Source: Thermoplasmata archaeon
Lineage (GTDB): Archaea; Thermoplasmatota; Thermoplasmata; Thermoplasmatales; ARK-15
Reading direction: 5' to 3'
Length of the DNA stretch: 44,329 nt
Assembly: GCA_023261745.1 (NCBI GenBank)
Contig: JAGDXR010000026.1
Location: 1-44,329 of the forward strand
The translations under genes were made by a program, and so were the position numbers. The notes beneath the pieces are model-generated. The model worked only from the letters and a program-made list of their open reading frames with translations. It ran no database searches and was not told the DNA's origin. This document shows, piece after piece, positions 27,160 through 37,138 of the stretch; the stretch's first letter is position 1; each line of letters begins with the position of its first letter.

Positions 27160-28089
27160 ATGATATCTGTTATTGGTTCTGGAAGGGTAGGAGCGACAAC
27201 TGCAGCATTTCTAATGATGAACGAGGTCGATAACAACATAGCTATAGTTGATATAATTGAGGGATTACCACAGGGAGAGGCCTTGGATTTAAACCATGCT
27301 GCTGCGATTATGGGCAAAGATGTTAAGGTAGCGGGATCAAATTCATATGAAGCAATAAAAGGTTCAGATATTGTTATAATAACTGCAGGACTGGCAAGAA
27401 AACCAGGGATGACAAGGGAGGAATTAGCTGCAAAAAATGCCCAGATTGTCTTTGATGTAGCTGACAAGGTGAAACAATATGCTCCTAATTCGATTGTAAT
27501 CATAACAACAAACCCGCTTGACGTTATGGTTGCCGTACTGTACAAGAGGTTAGGTTTCCCAAGAAACAGGGTCATAGGGTTCAGCGGTGTTCTCGATTCA
27601 AGAAGGATGGCCTACTATGCATCCCAATATCTCAACATTTCACCATCCGCAATAACGCCACTTGTTTTGGGTCAGCATGGTGAAAACATGTATCCAGTTC
27701 CCGAACTTTCATTCGTATACGGTAAAAGTTTGAAATCATTCCTGACTGATGAACAGTATAACAAAGTTGTCAAGGACACAATTAACGCCGGGGCGGATAT
27801 TACGAATCTTAGGAAATTCAGCAGCAACTGGGGGCCGGGAGCCGGACTTACAGTCATGGCCGAGGCCATTAAGAGAGACAGAAAAATAGCACTCGAAGCA
27901 TCCGTATTGCTGGATGGAGAATACGGTATTAAAGGGTATTTCGCTGAGGTCCCGATAATAATTGGTAAAAACGGTGTGGAGAAAATAATAGAGGTTGACC
28001 TGAGTTCAGAACAGAAAGAAAAATTAATGAAGAGCATTGATGCGATCAAAAACAATCTGAAGCAGGTTCCGGAAGAATATATAAGGTAA
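27160..28089 (+). CDS. mdh: Malate dehydrogenase (LDH-like MDH family)
   Basis: Rossmann motif ISVIGSGRVGATTA. The substrate-loop GLARKPGMTREEL carries Arg at the malate/lactate discriminating position. The catalytic-His block is LGQHGENM. Confidence 0.88.
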   Translation: MISVIGSGRVGATTAAFLMMNEVDNNIAIVDIIEGLPQGEALDLNHAAAIMGKDVKVAGSNSYEAIKGSDIVIITAGLARKPGMTREELAAKNAQIVFDVADKVKQYAPNSIVIITTNPLDVMVAVLYKRLGFPRNRVIGFSGVLDSRRMAYYASQYLNISPSAITPLVLGQHGENMYPVPELSFVYGKSLKSFLTDEQYNKVVKDTINAGADITNLRKFSSNWGPGAGLTVMAEAIKRDRKIALEASVLLDGEYGIKGYFAEVPIIIGKNGVEKIIEVDLSSEQKEKLMKSIDAIKNNLKQVPEEYIR

Positions 28090-28121
28090 ATTTTTTAAAC
28101 CTCTTTCCTTATTTTTGTTAA

Positions 28122-28847
28122 ATGTTCTATGGTATCGATATAGGAAGCACTACAACTAAGATAATAGGAATGGAGGAGAGGATAGAATATAGAAAGATTC
28201 TTCCCACAATAGAGTTCATTTATTCTGATTATAAGGAAAATTTTCATGATTCCGTATCCACTGGTTATGGGAGATATTCAATAAAATCAAAGATCACAAT
28301 ACCTGAAATAAGGGCTCATGTAATAGGAGCTGTATATCAAACGGGGTTGAAAGATTTTGTACTTCTGGATATCGGTGGTCAGGATTTTAAGATAATAAAT
28401 GTTAAAAATGGATTTCTGGATGATTTTGCAACAAATGATAAATGTGCAGCAGGGACTGGAAGATTCCTTGAAAAAATGGCGAATGTCTTAAATGTTGATA
28501 TCAATATCCTTTCAAGAAATTATGAGGATCCCGTAAAAATAAACAGTACCTGTACGGTATTTGCAGAAACTGAACTGGTTGGTTTGATGATGGAAAAATA
28601 TCCAAAGGAAAGGCTTATGGCAGGCATAAACCATGCTGTTTATGAAAGGATCAGGCCATATATCATGAAATTCAGGCCTAAAAGAATTGTTTTTACCGGG
28701 GGTGTTGCAAATAACATGGCCATAGCCAGAATAATTGAAGAAAAATCTGGGATGGATGTGATTGTACCGGATGATCCACAGGCAAATGGAGCCATTGGAT
28801 GTGCCATATATTCTAAGAAAATACATCAGAGATCCATTATACCATAA
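28122..28847 (+). CDS. BcrAD/BadFG-family ATPase (HgdC-like activase of 2-hydroxyacyl-CoA dehydratase-type enzymes)
   Basis: ASKHA-fold motifs YGIDIGSTTTKI and LDIGGQDFKI. Cluster-bridging Cys context NDKCAAGTGRFLE. Later FTGGVANN. Confidence 0.78.
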   Translation: MFYGIDIGSTTTKIIGMEERIEYRKILPTIEFIYSDYKENFHDSVSTGYGRYSIKSKITIPEIRAHVIGAVYQTGLKDFVLLDIGGQDFKIINVKNGFLDDFATNDKCAAGTGRFLEKMANVLNVDINILSRNYEDPVKINSTCTVFAETELVGLMMEKYPKERLMAGINHAVYERIRPYIMKFRPKRIVFTGGVANNMAIARIIEEKSGMDVIVPDDPQANGAIGCAIYSKKIHQRSIIP

Positions 28848-29665
28848 ATTTTTTTTAGATTTTCTTCAACATCCTCCACATATTTTTTAAAAAACTCCCT
28901 GTCCAGATTTTCCATCATCCTGTATCTTCTGGGTACGGATGTTATATCTAAAACTGCTCCTGGCCTGGAAGGATCATCAAGAAAATCCGTTTCCAGGAAA
29001 AATCGTGTACCTTTTTTCATTGCCTCCTTCACATTTTCTCTCGATGAAATTACAGATGGAAATATTCCGAAGTTTTCATCTTCCAGAATGAATGGTGGGC
29101 TAAAATGTTTTATGACCTTCATTTTTTCCATTCCAGCTCTTTCGGCAATTGTAGAGAGTTCGGCAAATAATTCCCTTGTTGCAGATTCGGTATGCAGTAT
29201 AACAGGTATTTTATATTTTGAAGCCTCATGCATTGCATATTCAAGCATTTTATTTGAATAATCCATGATTATCTTTTCTACATGGAAATGCGGTCTTCCA
29301 ATTTCTCCCAAAGCATTTGCTTTATTATCTTTTATATATTCCAAGGCAAGATCTATTGCTTTGATAAACAGATCATAAGCGTTTTCAAATCCCAGTTTCT
29401 CTTCCGATTTAATAAAATCTACAGGATATGGCCCAATCGTTATCAGAACATGGATGTTAAAATTTTCTTTCACCAGTTTTGATATTTTCATTGTTTTTTC
29501 ATATTGTTCCCTGAAATATTCAATATTGTATGGATTGTCCATTTTAGGTAGATTGCATATATTTATAAAATTTCCACCCTCTTTTACAAATCTTTTGACA
29601 GAATTTAAAAAATCGCCATCATAATTCAGATGTAAATGATTATCATAAACAATCATAATTTTCAC
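28826..29665 (-). CDS. TatD-related metal-dependent hydrolase (TIM-barrel, COG1099-like)
   Basis: N-terminal metal motif DNHLHL, internal GEIGRPHF and VILHTES. The length and pattern are typical of archaeal TatD-like proteins. Confidence 0.6.
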   Translation of the reverse strand: MKIMIVYDNHLHLNYDGDFLNSVKRFVKEGGNFINICNLPKMDNPYNIEYFREQYEKTMKISKLVKENFNIHVLITIGPYPVDFIKSEEKLGFENAYDLFIKAIDLALEYIKDNKANALGEIGRPHFHVEKIIMDYSNKMLEYAMHEASKYKIPVILHTESATRELFAELSTIAERAGMEKMKVIKHFSPPFILEDENFGIFPSVISSRENVKEAMKKGTRFFLETDFLDDPSRPGAVLDITSVPRRYRMMENLDREFFKKYVEDVEENLKKIYGIMDL

Positions 29666-30555
29666 CAGTATGGTTCTCTCAAATTCACGGCGATTTTTAA
29701 AGCATTATCAATAAAACCATCCACAAGATTGTCATTTCTGAATATGCATGGCTTGAATTTTCCATCAGGTGTTATTCTTAAACGTGTACAGTTCATGCAG
29801 AAATCATGTTTGAACATTGGTTCAACCAACTCGATTTCCACTTCATTTCCATTAAAATTTATTGTGTAAATTTCCCTGTGGTGTAAAGGTTTCAGTGTTT
29901 TTTTGTATTCATATTTATTTAAAAATTCCCTGACATTGTCCAGATTTTTATGATATTTTTTAAATAATTCCCTGTTAACATCCTCTCTTGATGCTTCAAA
30001 TTCAATGACCTGAAGCGTAAAATCCATATTTGCTGCGAATCCTATCATATCTTTTATTTCTTCATCATTCAAACCATTCAGATATACCATGTTTATTTTC
30101 TTCTTTTTAAATGGTATCCCAGATACCTTCAAAATAGATTTTATTACCATATCATGACTATTCTTCCCTGTAATTTTCCTGTAAATTTCACTTTTCAATG
30201 TGTGCATGCTTATGTTTATTCTTTTCAACCCCGATTCATAAAGATCTTCCGCTATCGAATCTAAACCTATTCCATTGGTTGTCATGCTCACATCTTCAAA
30301 ATATTTTGATGCAATTTTAACGATTTCAATTATATCTTTTCTCTGAAGAGGTTCACCCCCGGTTAATTTTATTGATTTGATACCGAAATCACTTGACTTC
30401 TTAAATAATGTTTCAATTTCCTCAATGGTCAATTCATGTTCAACGGATTTTATTCCTTCTTTGTGACAGTAAAAACAGTTTAGATTACATTGACCTGTTA
30501 CCGAAAAACGAATATAATCTATTCCCCTGTTATATCTATCTACTATTCTTTCCAT
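29662..30555 (-). CDS. moaA: GTP 3',8-cyclase (molybdenum cofactor biosynthesis protein A), radical SAM
   Basis: YIRFSVTGQCNLNCFYC (CX3CX2C), LTGGEPL, and the C-terminal second-cluster block CMNCTRLRITPDGKFKPC. Confidence 0.88.
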   Translation of the reverse strand: MERIVDRYNRGIDYIRFSVTGQCNLNCFYCHKEGIKSVEHELTIEEIETLFKKSSDFGIKSIKLTGGEPLQRKDIIEIVKIASKYFEDVSMTTNGIGLDSIAEDLYESGLKRINISMHTLKSEIYRKITGKNSHDMVIKSILKVSGIPFKKKKINMVYLNGLNDEEIKDMIGFAANMDFTLQVIEFEASREDVNRELFKKYHKNLDNVREFLNKYEYKKTLKPLHHREIYTINFNGNEVEIELVEPMFKHDFCMNCTRLRITPDGKFKPCIFRNDNLVDGFIDNALKIAVNLREPYW

Positions 30556-30664
30556 TTATTTGATCAATGGTAAAATATCACTTTAAATTAATTAATTTTA
30601 TGAAAAGGATATTTTGATTGTCTATATTTATTCATATGAGATTTTTTCACATTCCTTTATTTAT

Positions 30665-31114
30665 CTAAAATTTTGAGTTGTTTTTCTGTTCATTTTTTGT
30701 TTTCATCATTAAAATGGTATCTCCCATTTTTTTGTCAATCCATAGATATTCATCAGGCAATGATATTTTCCAGCCTTCCTTCATCACATTTATTGTAGAT
30801 TGAGAATATTCAAATGCGATTATTTTCAATCTGTAATGTTCTTGACAGAATTTGGAAATCTTTTCAATTAATCGACCTTTTGCATCCACATCACCGGATT
30901 CCGCAGATATCAGTTCAATTGGAATTATTCCGGCCTGCCTGAAAAATTCATCTGGAAGAATGCATGAAAAATTGAATACTATTTTGCCTGCATAATCTTT
31001 CTTATCACCAAAATTCCCCTGCATTCCAAATGTTATCCTGAAATCTACATTTTCCTTTAAAATTACATAAAGCACCTTTTCAAATTTTGTTTCCTCAATA
31101 TTTACAATTTCCAT
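30665..31114 (-). CDS. Hypothetical protein (149 aa)
   Basis: Isolated ORF flanked by AT-rich intergenic regions. I recognise no motif. Confidence 0.45.
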   Translation of the reverse strand: MEIVNIEETKFEKVLYVILKENVDFRITFGMQGNFGDKKDYAGKIVFNFSCILPDEFFRQAGIIPIELISAESGDVDAKGRLIEKISKFCQEHYRLKIIAFEYSQSTINVMKEGWKISLPDEYLWIDKKMGDTILMMKTKNEQKNNSKF

Positions 31115-31216
31115 GTTGATAAAATAAAAACAATATGAAAATAAATTTTATTTTCTATATCATAAATTAAACCATATTATGAAAAATTTATTAAATCGAT
31201 AAAAATTTTAAAATGG

Positions 31217-31846
31217 ATGAAGGATGTCGAAGAATTAATATTGAAAATAAATGAAATAAAACCAGAAATAAATGGAGTTGTCAGAGAAAGATTGGAAAAA
31301 TTCAGATCATTTGAAAAACTTGATGATAAATTCTGGTTCAGTGAACTGGTATTCTGTATTTTAACCGCAAATACATCTGCCGAAATGGGAATAAAAATTC
31401 AGAATTCTATTTCCCCTGAAGAATTTGCCTCACTCAGCTACGAAGAGTTAAGGGATAGATTGAAGAGTTTAAAATATAGATTTTATAATACCAGGGCAAG
31501 ATACATATACGAAAATCAGATTTATGCAGGCAGGATTAAAGATACCGTTAAAAGTCTGGAAAAGGATGAGAAAAGAAATTGGCTGATAAAAAACATAAAG
31601 GGTTTTGGTTTTAAGGAATCTTCCCATTTTCTCAGGAATGTGGGATTTTTTGATTATGCAATTATAGATAAACACATTTTTAATTTAATGAGAGAGTATA
31701 ATTTAACAGATGATATTAAAATAAATTCAAAAAATTACATCATTCTCGAGGGCATTCTCAGGGATTTATCAAAAATTTTTTCGATGTCTCTCGGAGAATT
31801 GGATCTTTATCTGTGGTATTTAAAAACTGGAAAGGTTCTCAAGTGA
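31217..31846 (+). CDS. ogg: 8-oxoguanine DNA glycosylase / AP lyase, archaeal Ogg2 family (HhH-GPD)
   Basis: Close in length and blocks to the Methanocaldococcus-type Ogg: FSELVFCILTANTSAE, IKGFGFKESSHFLRNVGFFDYAIIDKHI, and the C-terminal LDLYLWYLKTGKVLK. Confidence 0.88.
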   Translation: MKDVEELILKINEIKPEINGVVRERLEKFRSFEKLDDKFWFSELVFCILTANTSAEMGIKIQNSISPEEFASLSYEELRDRLKSLKYRFYNTRARYIYENQIYAGRIKDTVKSLEKDEKRNWLIKNIKGFGFKESSHFLRNVGFFDYAIIDKHIFNLMREYNLTDDIKINSKNYIILEGILRDLSKIFSMSLGELDLYLWYLKTGKVLK

Positions 31847-32332
31847 TTCAGCGTATCTGAGGTCTTCAACTGTATTGATATTTATACCCAGAAGATAATC
31901 GTTAAAAATGTAAATGCTGTGAATATTTCTGTCGCTTACAACATTTATACCTGTGTAAAGAAAATAATTTTTTCTCTTGACCATACCACTCATGGAACCA
32001 CCATGATATGATGATAAAAATTCCTCTATATGTGATGGTTTTAAGAATGGAAGATCGGATGATACGGTCAAAAAAGATTTTTCAAAATTTTTCATAATAA
32101 ATGAAACATCAAAACAGTAACCCTCACCGGGAGTTTCAATGTAATCATAATGTTCTTTAACGTATTTTTGAGTTTCCGGGGCGTTGTTAGAGACTGCGAC
32201 CAGACATTTATTCCTTGATTCCATAACGGATCTGCAGGCTATATCGATTAACCTTTCTCCCCTAAATTTTACCAACATTTTTTCCTTTCCGAACCTTGAA
32301 CTCTTTCCTCCAGCCATTACAATACCAAGCAT
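31820..32332 (-). CDS. cobY: Adenosylcobinamide-phosphate guanylyltransferase, archaeal type
   Basis: MobA-like N-terminus GIVMAGGKSSRFG. CobY-like blocks TVSSDLPFL, GINVVS and NINTVEDLRYAE. Adjacent to cobS. Confidence 0.8.
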   Translation of the reverse strand: MLGIVMAGGKSSRFGKEKMLVKFRGERLIDIACRSVMESRNKCLVAVSNNAPETQKYVKEHYDYIETPGEGYCFDVSFIMKNFEKSFLTVSSDLPFLKPSHIEEFLSSYHGGSMSGMVKRKNYFLYTGINVVSDRNIHSIYIFNDYLLGININTVEDLRYAESLENLSSF

Positions 32333-33162
32333 AATATCACCATCGTTATTGACCTGGATATTTCATTCATTGCTCCTATCACATCACCATTTACAAAACC
32401 GAAATTGTTTAGGGATATATATTTTATAATTATTGAAATTATTATTCCAGTAAATGAAATCAGATAAATATAACCGAAAATAAAATAAAAAGGGGAAGTG
32501 TATAAAATTCCAATTATAATATAATAAGGTTTAAAATTTTTAAAGAATATTTCACCTAGTCCACCAGGATAATATTTTTCCCACAAACCAAAAAACATTG
32601 AAAATTTTGCTGAAAGTTCAGAAATTATAAAAAAAGCAAAAATGCTGTAATAATTCAATTTCAATGTAAATATGGAAAATATTTCTATTATTATTACCGA
32701 AACAACAGAAAATGTTCCTGCAATACCCGTATTCACATCTTTCAAAGCCCTTATCTTTTTTTCTCTGTCCCCCTTAACCATGATACCATCAGAAAAATCT
32801 GCCAGACCGTCAAGATGTAATAAACCAAGGATAAGATAGATTAAAATAACCATAAAAACAGAAAAAATTGGTTTGGGGAGGAAATCCAAAACTATGCCAA
32901 GAAGTGAAAATATTATTCCAAATATGATTCCAATCAATGGAATAAGATAAGAAACTTCCGCGGCCTTTTTAATATCATTTTTACCCGGAATTTTAGAAAA
33001 AAAACCCATCAATGATGAAAACGAATCAAACATTAAAGGGATTAAAACATTTGAGATAAATAACATTTCTTTGGAAAAAATACCAGAAAAATTTATTAGG
33101 TTTAAAATATTTCTAATAATTATAAGAAAAATTTGAAAGGAGGTGAAAATATAGAAAATCAC
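32317..33162 (-). CDS. cobS: Adenosylcobinamide-GDP ribazoletransferase (cobalamin synthase)
   Basis: Polytopic membrane protein with the CobS signature LHLDGLADFSDG and the N-terminal FFSKIPG block. The true start is probably an internal Met downstream of 33162. Confidence 0.82.
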   Translation of the reverse strand: MIFYIFTSFQIFLIIIRNILNLINFSGIFSKEMLFISNVLIPLMFDSFSSLMGFFSKIPGKNDIKKAAEVSYLIPLIGIIFGIIFSLLGIVLDFLPKPIFSVFMVILIYLILGLLHLDGLADFSDGIMVKGDREKKIRALKDVNTGIAGTFSVVSVIIIEIFSIFTLKLNYYSIFAFFIISELSAKFSMFFGLWEKYYPGGLGEIFFKNFKPYYIIIGILYTSPFYFIFGYIYLISFTGIIISIIIKYISLNNFGFVNGDVIGAMNEISRSITMVILCLVL

Positions 33163-33225
33163 AGGTACTATTCAAAGAGATTCTGGGTAAGGTAAAGATT
33201 AAAATATAATTTAATATTTTAAATT

Positions 33226-34200
33226 TTGATTTATATGTTTATTTTGGTCATTTCAAATACGATGGTTTCGCAGATACCGGGAATTACCGTGGCTGGTGCT
33301 AATGATGAACTCATAAAATACACTCCAGTAGCGGATGCAGAATTTTTGTTTTATTCAAAACCGATTTCTATAGATGCAATTCCTGTAACCCCCGAAGGCC
33401 ATCCAACCCCCGCAATAATAACGAAGGCCGTGAAAAGTTTGACTGATTTCCCCCTGATAGTGGTCCGGTCAGGTACCATGTTGCCTCCAAGGATCCCACA
33501 TGTATTTATTCATGACAAACCTGGAGAAAATATAACTGAAAGGGATGCCCTACCAGAACTGGATGAAATACTTGAAAGGTCAGAAATACTTGGGCAGGAA
33601 TTCACAAAGCTTTTCAATGAAGTTTACATAGCAGAAAGTCTCCCTGGGGGTACAACTACTTCTCTTGCCGTCCTCAGGGCCCTTGGTTATGAATCAAGGG
33701 TTTCTTCTTCAATGAAAGATAATCCTCTGGAACTGAAAAACAGGGTTGTTGATATGGCTCTGAATAGAAAAAAACCTAGGAGCTGGTATGATGTTTTGAA
33801 GTCTTTCGGAGACCCAATGATGGCTTTTATAGTTGGCTTTTCACATGGATTCAGAAATGACATTTACCTTTTCGGAGGTACACAGATGCTCGGGGTTTCA
33901 GCATTATTGAAAGAAACTGGAAAGATCCCGAGGAAGATTGTAACTACAAAATATATAATCGAAGACAAAATTGCAACTTTTGCAAAAACTGCAAAAGAAA
34001 TTGGTGTTGAATATTATCCCTCTTACATTGATTTTTCAGATTCAAAATTTACTGGTCTAAGGGATTATGAAAAGGGAATTGTAAAGGAGGGGGTTGGTGC
34101 AGGCGGTTCCGTATATCTGGCGGAAAAATATGGTATTAAATGGGAAGAAATAAAAAATAAAGTTGAGGAAATTTATGAAAACCTCATTAAAAATAGATAA
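33226..34200 (+). CDS. cobT: Archaeal-type nicotinate-nucleotide:dimethylbenzimidazole phosphoribosyltransferase (UPF0284 / TIGR00303 family)
   Basis: Family-typical blocks ISNTMVSQIPGITVAGA, ESLPGGTTTS and FGDPMMAF. Located inside the cobamide cluster. Confidence 0.72.
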   Translation: MIYMFILVISNTMVSQIPGITVAGANDELIKYTPVADAEFLFYSKPISIDAIPVTPEGHPTPAIITKAVKSLTDFPLIVVRSGTMLPPRIPHVFIHDKPGENITERDALPELDEILERSEILGQEFTKLFNEVYIAESLPGGTTTSLAVLRALGYESRVSSSMKDNPLELKNRVVDMALNRKKPRSWYDVLKSFGDPMMAFIVGFSHGFRNDIYLFGGTQMLGVSALLKETGKIPRKIVTTKYIIEDKIATFAKTAKEIGVEYYPSYIDFSDSKFTGLRDYEKGIVKEGVGAGGSVYLAEKYGIKWEEIKNKVEEIYENLIKNR

Positions 34201-34759
34201 GGGTCTGGTTTACGGGACTTTTGGAATTGAACTCTATTCATTATCATCTTCGGTATTCAGCGGACATCTTGGCTACAGAAAAGGATTTTATATTAAGGGT
34301 ATAGATGAATATGTTGAAAATTTTAATGATATGCATGTTGGAATTTTGAGAGAATTAAATCTCAAGAAATATACTGGTTTTTTTACAATGGCCAAAATAC
34401 CTGAAAATTTTTTTTATTCCAATTCTGACAATATAGAGATTTTCATGAGCATGGGCATTTCTCACGTATGTTTTCCTGGTGAGGAATGTCATGAAAGGGG
34501 TACGGTAAATATCATCATTGCTGTTTATAGAGAACTTAAAATTTCAGCCGCTGTCGATATCATTAGCATGGTCTCTTCAATTAAAGCATATTATTTATGC
34601 AAAAATGGTATGGGATATGCAACACCTTCAGACGCAATAATGGTATCATTTATGAAGGGGGATAATATAGAATTTGCAGGCCCATCAACCAGTCTTGGTT
34701 TGAATATATCCAGGATACTTTCTTTAATGTTTGAAAAATATTTCAACGGATATCATTGA
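34163..34759 (+). CDS. cbiZ: Adenosylcobinamide amidohydrolase
   Basis: CbiZ-like core GTVNIIIAVYRELKISAAVDIISMVSSIKAYYL...GYATPSDAIMVS. Overlaps the cobT end; the start may be the Met at 34175. Confidence 0.65.
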   Translation: MRKFMKTSLKIDKGLVYGTFGIELYSLSSSVFSGHLGYRKGFYIKGIDEYVENFNDMHVGILRELNLKKYTGFFTMAKIPENFFYSNSDNIEIFMSMGISHVCFPGEECHERGTVNIIIAVYRELKISAAVDIISMVSSIKAYYLCKNGMGYATPSDAIMVSFMKGDNIEFAGPSTSLGLNISRILSLMFEKYFNGYH

Positions 34760-36180
34760 TTTTCCATAAGCTCTATTATTCTTTCCATATTTACATTCTT
34801 TTCAACATTTTCCGAAATCTTTTCTATTATCTCTTCTATGCTATAATTTATTTGAATGCTATCATCAAACATCTTCATCAGATTTTCTGTAAATTTCTGG
34901 TTTGCAAATATATCGTGTATATAGGTTCCTATGGCATTGTTCCCAACTGAACCGTCAAACCTCTTTACTGGTATCATGTTCTCTTTATTTACAATGCTGA
35001 AAGGGTTGTTTGATTCTGTTAATCCCAGATGTATCTCATATCCCCTAACAATGCTTTTCATCTTTTCATGGAGTACTTCAGCCTCCACCATGGATACCTT
35101 TTTTTCATTGTTAAATAACGTCTTTGTATCTAGGATATTCATACCTTCTATTTCCCCCGCCCTGGATTCAACATTATCTATTATCTTTTTACCCATCATC
35201 TGATATCCTCCACATATTCCGATTACAAAGGTTCCATCTTTGTGTAGTTCCTTTATTCTATCCTCAATACCATTTTCCCTCATGTATCTCAGATCATCTA
35301 TTGTCCTCTTGGAACCTGGAATTATTATAACATCCGGATCCTTTATATCCTCTGCATTTTCAGCAAAACTTATACCCGCATCCTTAATGTAATAGAAAGG
35401 ATGGAAATCGGTTGAATTTGCCATGTATGGGAATTTTATAACCGTAAAATTCACCCTTCCGTTTTTCCATCTGAAATCAAACATGCTATCTTCCATAGGT
35501 ATGAAACTGTCCATATACGGGACCGTGCCAAGGTGCTCAATGTTGAATTTTTCCCTCATAAAATTTATTGCAGGATTGAGAAGCCTCTCATCGCCCCTGA
35601 ATTTATTTAAAATGTATCCATGAAATTTTATTTCATTTGCCAGCATTATTGTACCTGCAATCTGAGCAAATGACCCGCCCACATCGATATTGGATGCAAG
35701 AATATTTACAGAATCTATGGCCCTGGCCAGAACCCTGTTTGGAAGATCGTATTCTATGTTTATTTCAGCCGGAGAGCCTGCACCTTCAATTATTACGATA
35801 TCGTTCTTCTCTTTAAGAGCCTTTAAACTTTCATATGCATAATTGAAAAATATATCCTTTTTTGATTTAAAATATTCATAACCGTCGATTTTTCCATAAA
35901 ATTTACCCATTAGAATCGTGTGCAACCCATCTTTTTCAGGCTTAAGCAAAATGGGGTTCATCCTTGCATCTGGTATATTCCTTGAAGCTATGGCCTGTAT
36001 ATACTGGGCATACGCGATCTCCCCATTTATTGCTGCCGCGGAATTCAATGACATGTTCTGGGCTTTGAAAGGAGCTACTTTGAAGCCCATGTTTGAAAAT
36101 ATTCTCGCGAAAGCAGTGGTTAAAGTGCTTTTACCTGCCCCTGACATTGTTCCCATGATGAATAAAGGTTTAATGGCCAT
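34753..36180 (-). CDS. cobQ: Cobyric acid synthase
   Basis: N-terminal P-loop domain FIMGTMSGAGKSTLTTAFARIF and C-terminal GATase-1 domain with IGICGGYQMMG. Confidence 0.9.
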   Translation of the reverse strand: MAIKPLFIMGTMSGAGKSTLTTAFARIFSNMGFKVAPFKAQNMSLNSAAAINGEIAYAQYIQAIASRNIPDARMNPILLKPEKDGLHTILMGKFYGKIDGYEYFKSKKDIFFNYAYESLKALKEKNDIVIIEGAGSPAEINIEYDLPNRVLARAIDSVNILASNIDVGGSFAQIAGTIMLANEIKFHGYILNKFRGDERLLNPAINFMREKFNIEHLGTVPYMDSFIPMEDSMFDFRWKNGRVNFTVIKFPYMANSTDFHPFYYIKDAGISFAENAEDIKDPDVIIIPGSKRTIDDLRYMRENGIEDRIKELHKDGTFVIGICGGYQMMGKKIIDNVESRAGEIEGMNILDTKTLFNNEKKVSMVEAEVLHEKMKSIVRGYEIHLGLTESNNPFSIVNKENMIPVKRFDGSVGNNAIGTYIHDIFANQKFTENLMKMFDDSIQINYSIEEIIEKISENVEKNVNMERIIELMENQ

Positions 36181-37138
36181 ATTTTATCCCCTCATGATTT
36201 CTTATATCCGTCCCTTTTAATAAATTTATCAATAGATCATTTTCTTCCCTTTTTCTTATGGAGAATCTAATGTATCCCTTTAGACCAAAGGATTCACAGT
36301 TCCTTACCAGTATATTGTTATTTTTTAGATGATGGTAAATGTCAATCATTGGGGATTTGACAAGAAAGAAATTCGCATCAGACTTTATACCGAGAGTTTT
36401 CTCAATCCTTTTCTTTTCATCCCTAATTAATTTTACTGTTTCATCAACAAATGAATAATTTTTGATTGCATATTCTGTAAATACACATCCCGTGATTCCG
36501 GTTGACCATGGAATGGAAAATTCTCTCATCCTTTCAATGTATTTCTTTTTACCGAATGCATATCCTGCACGGATTCCTGGAACACCAAACTGCTTAGTCA
36601 GACTCCTCAGTACAATCATGTTTTCAGAATAGTTATTTTTTATTATGTCTGAAAAGTCTATGTAGGCCTCATCCAATATTACTATTGAATTTTTCCTTTC
36701 TGCCTGTATAACAATATCATCAACATCCATGTATTTGCCCGTGGGATTGTTTGGATTTGATATGAATACTATTGAATCCTTCTCAATCAATTCCGATGGA
36801 TAAGGATCAATATTCCTTACAATTTCCTTTTTCATGCCGAATAGATCTGATATTCTTTCATATTCTTTGTAAGTAACTTCCATCATTCTTGACTTTTTGC
36901 CTGAAAATGCATATCCTATTTGATAAAGCAGTTCAGTTATCCCGGCAGAGAAAATCACGGAACCGTCAATTTTGAACTTCTCCTTTATCATATCCTCAAT
37001 ATAATCACAATATGGATATCTTGTATAATCAAATTTTATTTCATCAAGAAATTCAGCTCTGTAAGGATTTATGTTTGTGGAGAAGTCAATCATCTTGTAT
37101 TCATAAGGCCTTGCACCACCATGGTAAATTGAGGACAT
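36170..37138 (-). CDS. cobD: L-threonine-O-3-phosphate decarboxylase (class I/II aminotransferase fold)
   Basis: N-terminal HGG motif (SIYHGGARP), NPNNPTG, and the PLP-Lys region RSLTKQFGVPGIRAGY. Lies between cbiB and cobQ. Confidence 0.78.
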   Translation of the reverse strand: MSSIYHGGARPYEYKMIDFSTNINPYRAEFLDEIKFDYTRYPYCDYIEDMIKEKFKIDGSVIFSAGITELLYQIGYAFSGKKSRMMEVTYKEYERISDLFGMKKEIVRNIDPYPSELIEKDSIVFISNPNNPTGKYMDVDDIVIQAERKNSIVILDEAYIDFSDIIKNNYSENMIVLRSLTKQFGVPGIRAGYAFGKKKYIERMREFSIPWSTGITGCVFTEYAIKNYSFVDETVKLIRDEKKRIEKTLGIKSDANFFLVKSPMIDIYHHLKNNNILVRNCESFGLKGYIRFSIRKREENDLLINLLKGTDIRNHEGIKYGH

